Shown here: positions 27,956 to 42,412 of the stretch, piece by piece
Numbering within the stretch: the first letter of the stretch is position 1
Layout of the letters: every line of letters begins with the position of its first letter
Source of the DNA: Octopus vulgaris
Lineage: Eukaryota
Direction: 5' to 3'
Length of the DNA stretch: 64,000 nt
NCBI GenBank assembly: GCA_951406725.2
Contig: OX597817.1
Coordinates: forward strand, 85,746,001-85,810,000
Notes under the pieces: generated by a model
The model's input: only the letters and a program-made list of their open reading frames with translations
Database searches by the model: none
What the model was told of the DNA's origin: nothing
Made by a program: the position numbers and the translations under genes

Positions 27956-28171
27956 TAAGGATTTCAAGAGAGAACATAACACAGAGTTTGTGTTTCTTGA
28001 CAATGTAGTCCCAGTTGGAATGGGATATGTAAAAAGGCAACTCTCACTAGAATCAACAGTATTTGAAATATCAAGAAACATGATCTGGATCAACTTTGAG
28101 CAGCAACTCAAAATTTGGCTGTAAAATTTTGTAATGTGTGTATGCGTGTGTGCATGGTGTGTGTGTGCATG

Positions 28172-28203
<32 letters not shown>

Positions 28204-28548
28204 GCGTGTGTGTATGCATGTGTGTGTGTGCGTGTGTGTGTGTGTGAAGACACATAGCCTAGCAGTTAGAGTGTAGCACTTACAATCATTATGTTGTGTG
28301 TTTGATTCTAGGGCCTGGTGATAATTGTCTTCTTGAGCACAACACTTCATTTCACATTGCTTCAGTCAAACTCTGCTAAAAAGGAGTACCTGCTGCAGCT
28401 GAGAGTTAATGCTGTGATGGACCAGCATTACCTCCAGGGCATGTACTCTCAGTTGCTCAACTACCTTAAAAATCCAGACAAATTCAGGCCTCAGGAGCCA
28501 GTTGACTCAAGGCAGATGTTATATATAAGTGTGTATACATGTATATAT

Positions 28549-28965
28549 AGGTGTAGGTGTGATTGTGTAGTAAGTAGCTTGCTTAACAACCACATGGTTC
28601 TAGGTTCAGTCCCACTGCATGGCATCTTGGTCAAGTATCTTCTACTATAGCCTTGGGTTGACCAAAGCCTTGTGAGTGGATTTGGTAGACAGAAACTGAA
28701 AGAAGCCCATCATGTATATATATATATGTATATAGATAGATAGATAGATATGTGTGTGTGTATGTTTGTATGTCTGTGTTTGTCCCCACCATCACCACCA
28801 TCACTTGACAACCAATGTTAGTATGTTTATGTCTCTGTAACTTAGCAGTTCAGCAAAAGAGACTGAGAGATAAGTACTAGGCTTACAAAGAATAAGTCCT
28901 GGGGTTGCTTTGTTCAACTACAGGCAGTGCAGTCAAATGACAGAAACAAGTAAACGAATAAAAGA
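28549..28965 (+). mobile_element. SINE family A
   Basis: Diverged full-length copy. Confidence 0.85.
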
Positions 28966-29402
28966 ATGTGTATGTATGAATATTCAACATATATATATAT
29001 CATATATATATTTAATGTATATATATTATTTATATATGTATACATACGTACGTACATACGTACGTACATACATACATGCATACATACATACATACATACA
29101 TACATACATACATACATACATACATACATACATACATACATACATACATACATACATACATACATACATACATACATACATACATACATACATACATTGG
29201 TTAGTTATTTAGTTACAGGGTTCATTAGAATCTAGTTGCATCAACACATAGGACACCAAGACCAGCTATGTACCATAGCATTGAGTTCACAATGAGGTAA
29301 AACAACTATGAAACATCTTGTGTATACTCCAGGTATGTACATATGTAGAACCAAATTCAATATAAACCATAAATCCAACTCAGGCTTGGTTCCAGGTGTG
29401 AC

Positions 29403-29438
<36 letters not shown>

Positions 29439-30624
29439 GTATCGCTCAATCAATCACTCCCCTTCTCACTTTACTCTCTTCTATCACCATAGCTCTTCTC
29501 CCCCTCCTCATACCACTTTTCTTTCTTGCTAGCCAGAACCATCTCTCTTGTTAGTCATTCCTCATCCATTAAAATTGTTCTCTACACCCACATGTTACAT
29601 TGGCCATACCATATATGTATAAATATACTTATATATATATATTTATACACATATGCACACACACACATTGTTTGTTATGGCTGGCCATTTACAGAGCAGT
29701 AAGAACAGGTGTAGTGTTATGTCTGGTACAGGATATTAACTTTTTTAGTTAATAATACATCTATCTTTCACAGCTGAAAATGCTTTGCTGTACTGGGATT
29801 TACTTTTTGACATTTTTACATTAATGCATAAGCATCATTATTCTGCAAATTCAAGTATCTACAATTTCAGTTTTTTTGTTTTTTTTATGGGAGTAGGGAC
29901 AAATGTTTTACTGCTATATATGCTTCCAACTTCCAAACACTTTTCTGTGAAGTAAGAATAACATTTTGGAACAGAGTAAGGTAACATTATTTGCCTAGAA
30001 GTTTTATGTGAACTCAGTGCCATTGTCTGAGCCTAAGACTCTTGGAAACAGTATTTCAGTCAATATTATTTCGCTCAATATTATTTCAATTCTGTTCCAT
30101 CAATAATTACATCACTTTCAGTTAGAAAATATCATGAAGTAAACAAAAGAAGCAGAGAACAATTATTCTTTTCTTTCTCATTCATTAATGATTTTCTTTC
30201 TAAACATTAAGTATGTCCTTATTTAGTTCTTTAAAATCTAACTCAATGATGTTTGGTTGGTTGTAAACTGTGCATTGAATTCACAGTGATGTATAGAATT
30301 ACTTAACACAGAAGGTTTGTTTTTGTCTATTAAAACTGCTATTGCACTTATGACATTATTATTAAACCTATGATAATATTATTTTCTTTATTTACCATTG
30401 TAAGTAGTGAAATGACAAAAATGATAAGCTACTTACACTGAATGCATTGCTGTATTTAGTTTCATCTCTCTACAGAGTTAACTTTGTTTACCATATAGTC
30501 AAGAAATGGTAGAAGGGGTGTCAATAAAATACATACCTATCATATGTCAGGAATATTTCAATCAACTATATACTTTCTTTAAAATTTATGAAACTGTGCT
30601 GTTGTGATTATTAGTAATCACCTA

Positions 30625-31045
30625 AGGATGCTAAATTGGCAGAATCATTAGAGAATAGAGCAGTATTTCTTCTGGCTTTTTACATTCTGAGTTCAAATCC
30701 CACCAAGGTCAACTTTGCCTTTCACCCTTTCAGAGTCAAATAAATAATGTACCAGTCAAGTACTGGGGTTTGATGTAATTGATTTGCCTCCTTACCTCAA
30801 AATTGCTGGCCTTGTGCTAAAATTAGATATAATTATTAGTAAATACATAAGGATGATAGATTAGTAGAATCAGTGGAGCATCAGACAAAATGCCATGCAA
30901 CATTTCTTTGATTGTTTACATTAGGTTGTTTACAGTTAACTTAGCTTTCATCTCTCCAGGGTGATTTAAATAAAGTACCAATTGAGTATTGGGGTCAATG
31001 TAACTAACCCCCTTACTTCAAAAATTTCTGGTTTTATACCTAAAT
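30625..31045 (+). mobile_element. Two tandem diverged copies of SINE family D
   Basis: GGCAGAATCATTAG..TTACATTCTGAGTTCAAAT..GTCAACTTTGCCTTTCA..GTACCAGTC..GGGGT; related to 61560-61775 (-) and 53305-53400. Confidence 0.65.
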
Positions 31046-31334
31046 CATTAAGTTATTTGTAGTTACATCATTTCACTGTTTCCTGTGATAGATGCATGGA
31101 TGTCACACATTCTTTCATTCCCTCTTTGTTACAATTCATGCCAATGTAGGAATTCCTTGCTTAACAAATGGAGTGCTAAATTCTCAACCAATTAAGTCTG
31201 CATTCAAGATTTAATCATTCACACCCATTTTACTTTTGTATATTAGAATGCATTTGCTAATTAGATCCAAAGGAACCACAAACTAAAATTTCAAAATACA
31301 TTGCTAGTTTATCATTGTTTAATAAATGTGTGAA

Positions 31335-31460
31335 ACCCTTTTTCTGCAGGTATTTGACGGCAGTGTGATGCCAAATTTTGTCCATTTTCAAGAGAAGTCG
31401 CTAGTAGTTACTTTCATAGTCTTCTTTGAACTGTGAGATGTCAGTTTACCTAGAAAGAAA
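31335..31460 (-). mobile_element. mariner 5' fragment
   Basis: Minus strand reads MDKIWHHTAVKYLQKKGF, resembling a mariner transposase N-terminus. Confidence 0.55.
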
Positions 31461-33057
31461 CAATACAGTTATTAATAAGAAGAGTTGAAACTAACACATG
31501 CAATATTTCATAGCTCTAATATCACTCCTTCATAATCAGCCTATGAGCTTTTCAGTCCACCCTCGTGATGATAAGTAGAGTGAAGCATTATAAAAGTATT
31601 ATTTATGTACTGACAAACATGTTTGTTTCACTCTCTTTTTAGTAGTATAAAGAACTGATTAAAAATGTATATATATGTATATATTATTATAAGTGGGAAA
31701 CAGCCTAGAAATGAACTAATGGTGGGAAATAAAAGAAAACAAAGAGAGTTAAGACTGATATGAAAACTATGACAAAAGTCAGCTGTAATACATAGTTATA
31801 ACAGCTAATAGAATAATTTCTAAATTCTAGTGATTTAGAAATTAATATCATAAAAATACTTCTTTTGATTCTTAGAAGCATAATGATTAAATAAAGTTTC
31901 CTATTTCTTTATACAGTTTTTGCATTTTTACTGAATTCTGCTAGGTCTTTTGAACTGCAAGAGTTGGGTAGGAGAGGGCAGACAAGACAGTGTTCTGTAG
32001 TTGGACCAGTTTTGCAGCCCCATCTAACTAAAACAACTTTTGATCTTGCCATTCTCATTTTCAGATGGTCAAGTGTCTTCCACTGAATCTAGGGTGCTTC
32101 TGAACCAGAAAGGAGGCCTTTAGTAGATAGGAGTTTCCTGTGTTGATTGGAGGAGGAGGGATGAATAAATCCTTTTGTTACTGTATTTATTTTGAGATGC
32201 TCTGTATTTCTTTCAATTACTTTAAATATAACGAAGAATTTAGTAAAAATAACTAAGTTATCATTCAGCTAGTGTTAGGGACATAAATTGTGACTAAGGT
32301 TTGGTGGAAGATTTTCATTAAAAATTTATGAAACCAAGACATTTGTACTCAGAGCCAGAACTGGTTTCAGCTGGGTTGATAATGAAAAGGTTAAACTACA
32401 TTTGTATTGAGATAGTGATGTATAAAAGTTCTCAACTACATGGTTTTCAGATTTAGTCCCACTGCACATACACACATGTGTGTGTCCCTTTGTTTTGACA
32501 TCATCTGATGGTTCTATGTGAGCCATCATGCAAGCAATGTGGTTCATTTCCAGCCTTTTGTGTAAAACATGTCTGGCCATGAGCAAATATTGCTTTGCTT
32601 GGAGACAGATGAGGGTTGGTGACATGAATGGCATCCTGTCACCACAGAAATGGATTTTATCTGACTCATGCAAGCATGGAAAAAATGACATTAAAACGAC
32701 AGCAGCGGCAGCAAAGACGACGATGACAATGATGACGACGATAGCAACTGTGACAGTAGCAATGGCAGCAACTCAGTGATGATGACAGCAACAATAATGA
32801 CAAAAGTAAGGATTAATATATGTAAAAGAAAGCTAAAAATTTGAGGCAAGTGCTGAGCATGGGTGCTGGATGCATGCATACACTTAGAATAAACTAGAAT
32901 AAACTACTATAATTAAAAGCTAAAATAAACTCAAATAATCACTATAAACTTATTTATGTGATGATCTGGTTTAAATATCTCGGGAAACAAGTAAACAACT
33001 TACTCTTTCTGTTGGCAAATATATTTTCAGGGAATGATTCTTATAAAATTTTACATA

Positions 33058-33479
33058 GGCGCAGGAGTGGCTGTGTGCTAAGTAGCTTATTTTACAACCA
33101 CATGGTTCCGGGTTCAGTCCCACTGTGTGGCACCTTGGGCAAGTGTCTTCTACTAAAGCCTCAGGCTGACCAAAGCCTTGTGAGTGGATTTGGTAGACAG
33201 AAACTGAAAGAAGCCCGTCATTTATATGTATATGTATATATATGTGTTTGTGTGTCTGTGTTTGTCCACCCCCACCCCCACCCCAACATTGCTTGACAAC
33301 TGATGCTGGTGTGTCTACATCCCCATAACTTAGCTGTTCGGCAAAAGAGACCGATAGAATAAGTACTTGGCTTACAAAGAATAAGTCCTGGGGTCGATTT
33401 GCTCAACTAAAGGTGGTGCTCCAGCATGGCCGCAGTCAAATGACTGAAACAAGTAAAAGAGTAAAAGAGTAAAAGAGAA
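33058..33479 (+). mobile_element. SINE family A
   Basis: Full-length copy with (AAAAGAGT)n tail. Confidence 0.9.
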
Positions 33480-34257
33480 TGGAAACAATAATAATATGGT
33501 TTTGAGACTCGAATTATATGAATTCAATATTAGAGAGTAAATATCAGGAAAGTAAATCTTCCTGCAGCAGTGGTTCATGTTCATAGATGGCAGCAGTGAT
33601 CAATTATATAAGTTTCTGAGAACTAAAGTTGCCTGGTAATATTTTAACAGTGAAAATGGAAGGATTGGGTGTAGGGGAAGGCTATTGAGTAGAAGTGGAA
33701 ACTGGGTTATTAGTTTGATATTACTATTGTCTAAATAGGTTGTTCTAGTTAAAGGACAACATAGGGTGTATTATGATTGGAAAGGTCAGTATAATTATAA
33801 GAAAGGGGTTTTGTGTGAGGGAATGAAATAGACGAGGCAATGTTGAGGGAGGAAATTATTTGAAGGATGTATAAAGAGGCATGAGAAAAGGAATATATAA
33901 GAGAAGGACATCAAAAGGAGTATAAATGGATGAGAGGAGTATATAAAACCCAAAAATAGAAACCATAAAAATTATATGAAAATATATAAAAAGTTTATTA
34001 AAAGATACAAAAATTATATATGAAGATATTTGAAAACATATACAAGCATTAAGTGAGAGGTATGAAGGGAAGAAGAGAGAGAGAGACAGACAGAGACAGA
34101 GAGAAAAACAAACCAAGTACTATTATGAAAGTAAGAGGACACAAACAAATACTTGAAGTTAGATGAGTAAAACATATGGAAAAAGAATAGAAATATTAAA
34201 AGAATCAACAATAATGAAAGAATGTGTACAGCAAATATATATATATGAATATATATT

Positions 34258-34368
<111 letters not shown>

Positions 34369-34429
34369 TGGATATATATATTTTATATATGTATGGATGG
34401 AAGTATGTATGTATGTATATATAGGGTGA

Positions 34430-35242
34430 GATAGGTAAATTGTCATCATTTTATATTTTTAATTTCACACATGTGCATTGTTTGTTTTTGATTTTGTTGA
34501 CTACACAGTATAGTAGGGTCAGTTGGGCACTACTCATGAGAAAAACAGCACCATGATGCAATTCACTCTGCCAGAAATTTGGAAACAACATGCTGTACTG
34601 CTTGGCATTCATGCTGGAAGCCCCAATACAAATAGATAGTACCAAGCGTGATAAAAATCAAACATCCAGTCAACATCATGGTGTTTGGAGTGATCACTAG
34701 TTATGCTTCCATTCGACTTCCACACCACCTCAGACTCAACATGGAAGCCTACATCAAGTACCTGGAGGTGGTAGTGCTGCTCTGGTTGAAGAGGATGGCT
34801 GCTGGAAGACCCTATTTCTGGCAACAGGAGTCTGCACCATGCCACACAAGCAGGAGAACTCAGTCATGGCTGTCAGACAATTTTTGCGACCACATCACCC
34901 CTAACATCTGGCCACCTAATTCCCCACATTGCAACGCACTTGATTATTATGTGTGGGGTGCAGTTGAGCAAGAGACCAACAAAACTATTGTAACACCAAG
35001 GCAAGGATTATGGCAGTGTTCACCAACTTAAACAAGGAAATCATCCTGAAGAGTTGCAGAAGATTCTGAATTCGTACGGAGGCCATGGTTGAAGCCAATA
35101 GCGATTTTATTGAATAAATTTACTCTTTAGTATTTCAAGATATTTTTATGTAACTTTGGTAAGTATATCTGTTAAGATGAGATGTGAGTGTTATTTTCAT
35201 TTTTACATATATTAGACAACAATAGATTCACCACGCCCTGTG
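34430..35242 (+). mobile_element. maT (DD37D-like) Tc1/mariner transposon, internally deleted
   Basis: ORF 34648-35031: KHPVNIMVFGVITS..YFWQQESAPCHTSRRTQSWLSDNF..WPPNSPHCNALDYYVWGAVE. Confidence 0.8.
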
Positions 35243-35284
35243 TGTACGTATGGATATAAATTTTATTTCGATAGATAGATATGT

Positions 35285-35358
<74 letters not shown>

Positions 35359-35366
35359 TGCATGTA

Positions 35367-35409
<43 letters not shown>

Positions 35410-36099
35410 TTATATATTTGTTGTGCAAGATTGACTAAACTGGCAAAATGACCATTCCGAAATATAACAATATATATATATATATATATATGTGCGTGTG
35501 TGTGTATGTATGTATGTGCACACATGAAGTTATATAAAGATAAATAAAAAAGATAATGCGATGATTAAAAAAGGTATGTGATAATGCTGTTGTACAAATA
35601 TAATGGGCTGGTCTACATTGTTATAAAGTATGGAAACGGAAATACAAAAATACAAAAAAATCATGTGTTTATATATAAATGTTAGTGTGTGTGTGTATGT
35701 ATGCATGCATGCATGCGTGCATGTGTTTATGTGTGTGTAGAAAGGAACAAAGAAAATGTAATTGGTATTTATGCTTTATATGATACATACATGTTTCTGA
35801 GGATCAGCTAAAATATCAATTACATGAGCTTAAATACCCAATTATACCACAAATGCAGCCAGCCCTCTTCATCATCTTTATTAGCAAAAACTACCTCTCT
35901 CTCTATATATATATATATATGTATATGTACATATGTATACATATCGTGTGTGTGTGTATAAGTATGCAAAATTGCATAAGCAATGACAATTAAATTATTC
36001 TGAGTGAGAATTCAGTCCTGGCTGCAGATTCAGTTGGATGAAAATTTAGCACTTCTCCAATAACATTGACAAGTAAGACTTTCTCTCAGTCTCTCTCAC

Positions 36100-36130
<31 letters not shown>

Positions 36131-36774
36131 TACACACACACTCACATACAAACACGCATGCACACACATGCACACGCAATGGCAAGCAGACAAGCAAGCA
36201 GCCTGATTCAATAATTGGCAATATAGAATATATTTGCATTAAACCAAGGATATCACATCAATAATGGTCTACTCTTAAAAGAAATTATTCATCTACCAAT
36301 CTGGTGTTGATCTATGTATATAAGATAGGTAGAGATAGATAAATAGATAGACTGGCAGATATATCAATCATCATCATCATTGTCATTGTTTTAAAGTATA
36401 CTTTTCCATGCTTGTGTGCAACTGACAAAAGTATATTGGAGCTGTTTTCTACAACTGGATGCCCTTCTTGTCACTAATTTCCACCTGTTGTAAAGTGAGG
36501 TAATAATCTCCCAGTCTACTGAACAACAAACAACCTGGAAATAAACAACACTGTATGAATGAGCTGTTTGTTTATGAAAATCACCCAATGTCATGAAATG
36601 TCAAGAAATGTCAAAAAACCTAGACATACTTTTGTGGTAGACTGCAAGCAAATGATACCATTAGCAAAGCCACTGTTTACAACTAACAAGTGAACGCATT
36701 TGAAGAGGAGGGAAATATGAATTCACTCACACAGACATACACAGAATTACACACATACACACACGTATGTGTTG

Positions 36775-37680
36775 GTGGGGTATTAGGACTAAATTTGGTG
36801 ATATTTTATGTCTCCTTTTCTCAGAAACAGCTTGATGTATTGGTGAATAGTCAACATTATTGGAGAGCATAGAGATTTAAGTTGTAATTGAGAAAAAGTT
36901 AAGCTGACACAGAAGGCTGGAAACCATCTGAACATTGGAAAATAGTTATCTGTATCATGATGATTCATGCCAGGTATCAAATGCCAACATCATGATTGCT
37001 GCTCAATGCTCTGTAAATACTGCAAAAGCTATAAAATGTGACATGGACAGTTGCAATAGAAACTACAAAGCTATGACTAGCAGGAAGGAACAGTGCAAGT
37101 ATTCTGACTGTATCTGCCCACTGGAATTCATCCCCACATCTTTGAACAGGCCTTAGGCTCAATTCAGACAGCTATGTGAAGCTGCTGGAGATTGTGGTCA
37201 ATCTCTGGCTGCAAAGGATTGCTGCTTGAAGGCCAGATGTGTGACAGCAGAATTTGGCTCCTTGCCGTTACCTCTAGAAACAGTCAGAAGTGGCTGTCAG
37301 AGAATTTCTATGACTTCATCAGCCCAATTTCAAGCTTCCTAATACTCCCAATTGTAATTCAAGAATAACTATGTGTAGGGCATCATTGAGAAAGGTGTCA
37401 GCCACACCACCTGCAACACCAAGGCTGAACTGGTTGCCAAGATCAAAGAGGTGTGTGAAGATCTTCCCAGAGAAACAGTGAGGAATGCATGCACCAGGTC
37501 CATAGCCATCTTGAGGCTGTGTTAGGAGCTGAGGGGGGGGGGGCTACTTTGAGTAAACTGTTATCTCCCAGCCATAATTTAGTTGATATCTTTTGGTTTT
37601 TATAAATTTTTAAATTTTTTGGATGGGATATGGTGTTTTCTTCTTTTATGCAAGCTGTCAAATTTAGCCTGAACACCCTC
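36775..37680 (+). mobile_element. Second degenerate maT-like element
   Basis: 37160-37550 resembles 34720-35110; weak TIRs GGGTATTAGGACTAAATTTG / CAAATTTAGCCTGAACACCC. Confidence 0.6.
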
Positions 37681-38032
37681 TGTGTGTGTGTGTGTGTGTA
37701 TCATTATCATCATTTAATGTCCACTGTCCATGCTGACATGGGCTGGATGGTTTGATCAGAGCTGGAGAGCTGCACCAGGCTCCAGTCTGATTTGGCACCG
37801 TTTCTACGGTTGGATGCCCTTCTTAACACTAACCACTTTACAGAGTGTGCTGGATGTCTTTATGTGGCACCAAGTGAGTGCTTTTACATGGTGGTACCAG
37901 CATGAGTGCTTTTTATGTGGTGCTGGCTCAGGACTCTTACTGGCCAATCCTTTTCACCAGGAGGACTAGCCTTAACACTTCTGCTGAGGAATACAGGTCT
38001 TCTTGAGTACAGCAAAATGCCAGGCATGTATG

Positions 38033-38079
<47 letters not shown>

Positions 38080-38349
38080 AACAGCTGAAATCCAGATATT
38101 CTCTGTATAGAAGACACTTAGTAGTGCTCAAAAGATTCAAAATTAGACTCCGATGTCTTTACAGGGGATCATTCTACAAGGCAAAGAAAGGCTATAAGAT
38201 AGATCAGGTTGAGCAGGTATAAAAGCAATTATTGACATAAGTGAATTAGACACATCAAATACATTAAATATATTAAGTACATATTTATACATATAAATTC
38301 ATCATTCATCATCTGAAAATTTCCACCTTTTGCTTTCTCTCATTTTCAA

Positions 38350-39321
38350 CTTCTTTTGTGAGCTTCTGCAGTGTCATCCTAGAAACATGCAGTTGAGCAT
38401 TGTCATGGAGCAGAATTGGACCACATCGATTAACAAGTGCAGGTCTCATTTTGCTCAAGTGAACATGCATTTCTTCCAGTTGCTTACGGTAAACTTTCAA
38501 TGTAATGTTCTGATTAGGTTCCAGAAAGCTGTAATGGATAACACCAATAACAGACCACCAGACAGTAACCATAATCTTTTGCTGATGCAACTTCAGTTTC
38601 AGGAAATGTTTGGGTGCTTCATCACAATCAAGCCATTGACCCAATTGCTTATGATTGTCATAATGGGTCCATTTTTCATTGCAAATCACTATTCAATCAA
38701 GAAATGGGTCATTAGAGTTTTGCAGGGAGAGCATCGAACACACTTCAAAAATGCTGAAGTCTTTGATTTTCATTGACATCATGCAGAACCCATTTATCAA
38801 GACTTTTCACATTGCCGATTTTCTTCAGGTAATCTGATAATGTTAAAACACTGATATCAAGCATATGAGACATTTTTCTGACACTTGGTCATGGGATTTG
38901 TTTGACTATTGTTTTCAAATGCTGATCATCAAGGGTGGATGGACATCCTCTACTTTTTTGATCTTCAAGGCTCTCATTCCTGCTACAGAATCTCTCAAAC
39001 CACCATTGTATTGCCTGATCACTGGTGGGCCCTTTACTCCATACTCTGTTGATATTGGTGGTTACTTGGAAAGCATTATGTCCAAGCTTCAATTCATGCA
39101 AAAAAAAAGTAAATGCATTTCTTCTTTTTTCATGTTTGAAATTAAGGATTTCTGCACTTCAAAATTATATTCTGAAAGAAATCAATAAAAATTTATTAAA
39201 GAGTACACATCAATTATTAAGCATGTAAAATTTCGTCTAAAACACTACAAAAATAACATCTTAAATCGAATTTGAAAAATGTTTTTGAAAAATCAGGCAG
39301 TATTTTCTGAACAAGCTAATA
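38350..39321 (-). mobile_element. mariner (cecropia/Hsmar1-like), 3'-truncated and degenerate
   Basis: ORFs HELKLGHNA..INRVW..QWWFERFCSRNESLED and CNEKWTHYDN..QWLD..KIMVTVWWSVIGVIHYSFL..GPILLHDNA. Confidence 0.9.
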
Positions 39322-39603
39322 TTTCCGAAAATACATGTTAACACAACATTTTCAAGGCAATCCAGAATTAGTTAAATTCAAACATTTGAACTGATTTAAA
39401 GGTTGTTTATTTTCCATCATTCTTTCATGCATCTACCCCGATATATATATATAAATATATATATATATGTATATATATACAACAAGGTTCTTTCATATAT
39501 ATATATATATATATAGGAAGAGTTTACGGAGAAAACAAAAGACGAAGACAGGTGGTGTACAAAACAAATAGATGTATTAGTATAACACTCAGGAATAAAA
39601 AAA

Positions 39604-39640
39604 AGTCTTTTACGTTTCGAGCCCACGCTCTTCTACAGAA
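39604..39640 (-). ncRNA. Minimal hammerhead-like motif variant in a short repeat within (TA)n
   Basis: Minus strand CTGTAGA-agagc gtgg gctc-GAAACGTA; the core deviates from CUGANGA. Confidence 0.3.
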
Positions 39641-41151
39641 TACATATATATATATATATATATCATCATCATCATCACCATCGTTTAACGTCCGTTTTCC
39701 GCGCTAGCACGGGTTGGACGGTTCAACTGGGGTCTGGGAGGCCAGGGGCTGCACCAGGCTCCAGTCTGATCTGGCAAAGTTTCTACAGCTGGATGCCCTT
39801 CCTAACGCCAACCACTCCGCGTGTGTTGTGGGTGCTTTTTATGTGCCACCTGCACAGGTGCCAGGGGGGTCCGGCATCGGCCACGATCGGTTGGTGCTTT
39901 TAATGTGCCACCGGCATGGAATCCAGCCAAGGCGGCGCTGGCATCGGCCACGTTCGGATGGTGCTTTTTATGTGCCACCGGCACAGGTATCACAACTGCT
40001 ATTTCCATTGATATTTATTTCGATGTTCATGTACTTGACTCGACAGGTCTCCTCAAGCACAGCGGGATGTTCTGGAATCCAAGGTACTTTGAATGGGCAG
40101 GGGCTATGCGGGACTGGTGCAGGAAGCAGCCCGGGTCTTTGCAGTCACAGCATATCTCCAGAGATCTCGGTCCTTTGCCATTGCCTCAGTGAGGCCCAAC
40201 GCTCTGAGGTCATGCTTGACTACCTCATCCCATGTCTTCCTGAGTCTACCTCTCCCCCTGATACCTTCAACTGTTTGGGAGTGGCACTTCTTCACACATC
40301 TCTCCTCATCCATCCACAGTACATGACCATACCATCGCAAGCGTCGCTCTTGCACACCGCATCTGATGCTTCTTATGTCCAGCATCTCTCACAGGGTGCT
40401 TACACTCTGTCGTGCATGCACACTGACATTACACATCCAGCAGACCATGCTAGCTTCATTCCTTTCAAGTCTACGCATGTCCCCTGCAGTCACAGCCCAT
40501 GTTTCACTACCGTGAAGCATGGCAGTTCGCACACATGCGTCATACAATCTACCTTTCACTTTGAGCGAGAGACCCTTTGTCACCAGTAGGGGTAGGAGCT
40601 TTCTGAACTTTGCCCAGGCTATTCGTATTCTAGTGGTGATACTCTCTGAGCATCCACCTCGACTACTAACTTGGTCACCCAGGTAGCGGAAACTATCAAC
40701 TACTTCTAGTTTCTCCCCCTGGGGTGTGATGGAATCTGTTTTCTGAGTATCTGTGGTGTCTATTGTCCCAGTGCATCTGCCGCACATGAAAGCTATCCTA
40801 TCAGTTAATTTCCCTTTGATGTTGCTGCACCTCTTATGCGTCCATCTTATGGAGTTTCTACCTACACCTTTCCTACAGATCGAGCAGGGCCACCTGCCCG
40901 AGGGGGTGTGTGCTGAGTTCGCCTTTCTGCTTACTATAACTTTGGTCTTTGCTACATTTACTCTAAGGCCCTTTGATTCTAACCCTTGCTTCCACACCCG
41001 AAATTTCTTTTCTAGTTCCGGTAGTGATTCTGCTATGAGAGCCAGGTCATCAGCATAGAGGAGCTCCCAAGGGCATCCTGTTTTGAATTCCTCTGTTATT
41101 GCCTGGAGGACTATGATGAATAAAGGGGGACTGAGCCTTGGTGTACACCTA

Positions 41152-42412
41152 CGAGGGGCGTTCAATAAGTAATGCCCCTGACCCACTTGCAATTATTTAT
41201 ATCTCTATAGATTAAGTGGCAAATTACAGCTCTGAACTAATTGTGGTTTCCGATTTACAAGTGTTTGAACTGAGTCAAGTGTGAAATGGAGCCTGTTGAG
41301 TGTCGAGCAGTGATCCAGTTTTTGTATTTGAAAGGACACACACCACAGGAGACTTTTGATGAAATGAAAGTAACTTATGGTGATGATGCCCCATCATATG
41401 ACCTTGTAAAACGCTGGCATCATGAATTCAAACATGGTCGGAACTCTGTGGAAACAGCTCCCAGATCTGGTCGCCCCCCCTTCTGCAATTGATGAGGCAT
41501 CTGTCTGTCAAGTTGAGGCTGCCATTTTGGAAGATCGACGCATAACTACTCACCAAATAGCCCATGAGGTCAAGATTAGTACCAGGTCTGTGGAAACTAT
41601 CATTCATAACCATTTGCATATGCAAAATGTGTCTGCCAGATGGATTCCCAGGTTGCTCACACCTTTCCAGAAGCAAGAACGCGTCGATTGCTCGAGGATG
41701 AATTTGGAGATGTGCCAAGAAGATGAGTCAAAATTTTTCAAAAGGCTGATTGCATAGGATAAAACCTGGGTCCATCACTATGATCCAGAGACCAAAGCCC
41801 AGTCAATGCAGTGGAAGCACCGTGACTCACCTCCTCCAAAGAAGGCAAGGGTGCAGCCCTCCACTGGCAAGGTCATGCTTACAGTCTTCTGGGACCAGGA
41901 CGGAGTAGTGAAGACAGATTTCCTGGCAAAGGGTGCCACAATTACAGGAGTCTATTATGCTTCACTTTTGAGGAAATTAAGAGAAGCTATCAAAATCAAG
42001 AGGCGAGGCAAGATCAGCAAAGGCATCCTCCTCCTGCAGGACAATGCTCCGATCCACAACTCGCGTGTCGCCAGATCAGAAGCACAGGCGTGCGGCTATG
42101 AACTCATCCCCTATCCCCCCTACTCTCCTGACCTTGCACCCTCTGATTTTCACCTCTTCCCAGCCATGAAGTTGTTTTTGAAAGGAAAGCGTTTCCCAGA
42201 TGATGCAGCCTTGATTTATGAAGTCACGTCGTGGTTGGAGGACCAAGCTGGGGTCTTCTACAAAAATGGTCTTCAGAGCTGCATCAAACGATGGGAGAAA
42301 TGCATAACTCTGGGTGGTTCCTATGTAGAAAAAGGCTAATAACTGTCCCAAGTTTCGTTGCTCTACTTCTATGGGAAGTGGGTCAGGGGCATTACTTATT
42401 GAACGCCCCTCG
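41152..42412 (+). mobile_element. Full-length mariner (irritans-like), 1261 bp
   Basis: Perfect 37-bp TIRs CGAGGGGCGTTCAATAAGTAATGCCCCTGACCCACTT; TA duplication at 41150-41151 and 42413-42414. Confidence 0.97.
41286..42339 (+). pseudogene. mariner DD34D transposase with one frameshift and one stop
   Basis: MEPVECRAVIQFLYLKG.., WIPRLL, *DKTWVHHY, QDNAPIH-(34 aa spacing)-YSPDLAPSD. Frameshift near the C-run at ~41474-41480; TAG at 41755-41757. Confidence 0.93.

Noticed and set aside
27621-28255. Repetitive ORFs and a CRISPR-like periodic pattern
   Set aside because: This is a head-to-tail 21-bp minisatellite without unique spacers, in a eukaryotic context with no cas genes.
31380-31460. Apparent antisense terminal exon (ttctttctag|GTAAAC...TGA)
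   Set aside because: Better explained as the 5' leader and start of a mariner transposase.
39714-40589. 291-aa + strand ORF
   Set aside because: It is the antisense frame of the RTE LINE 3' region.
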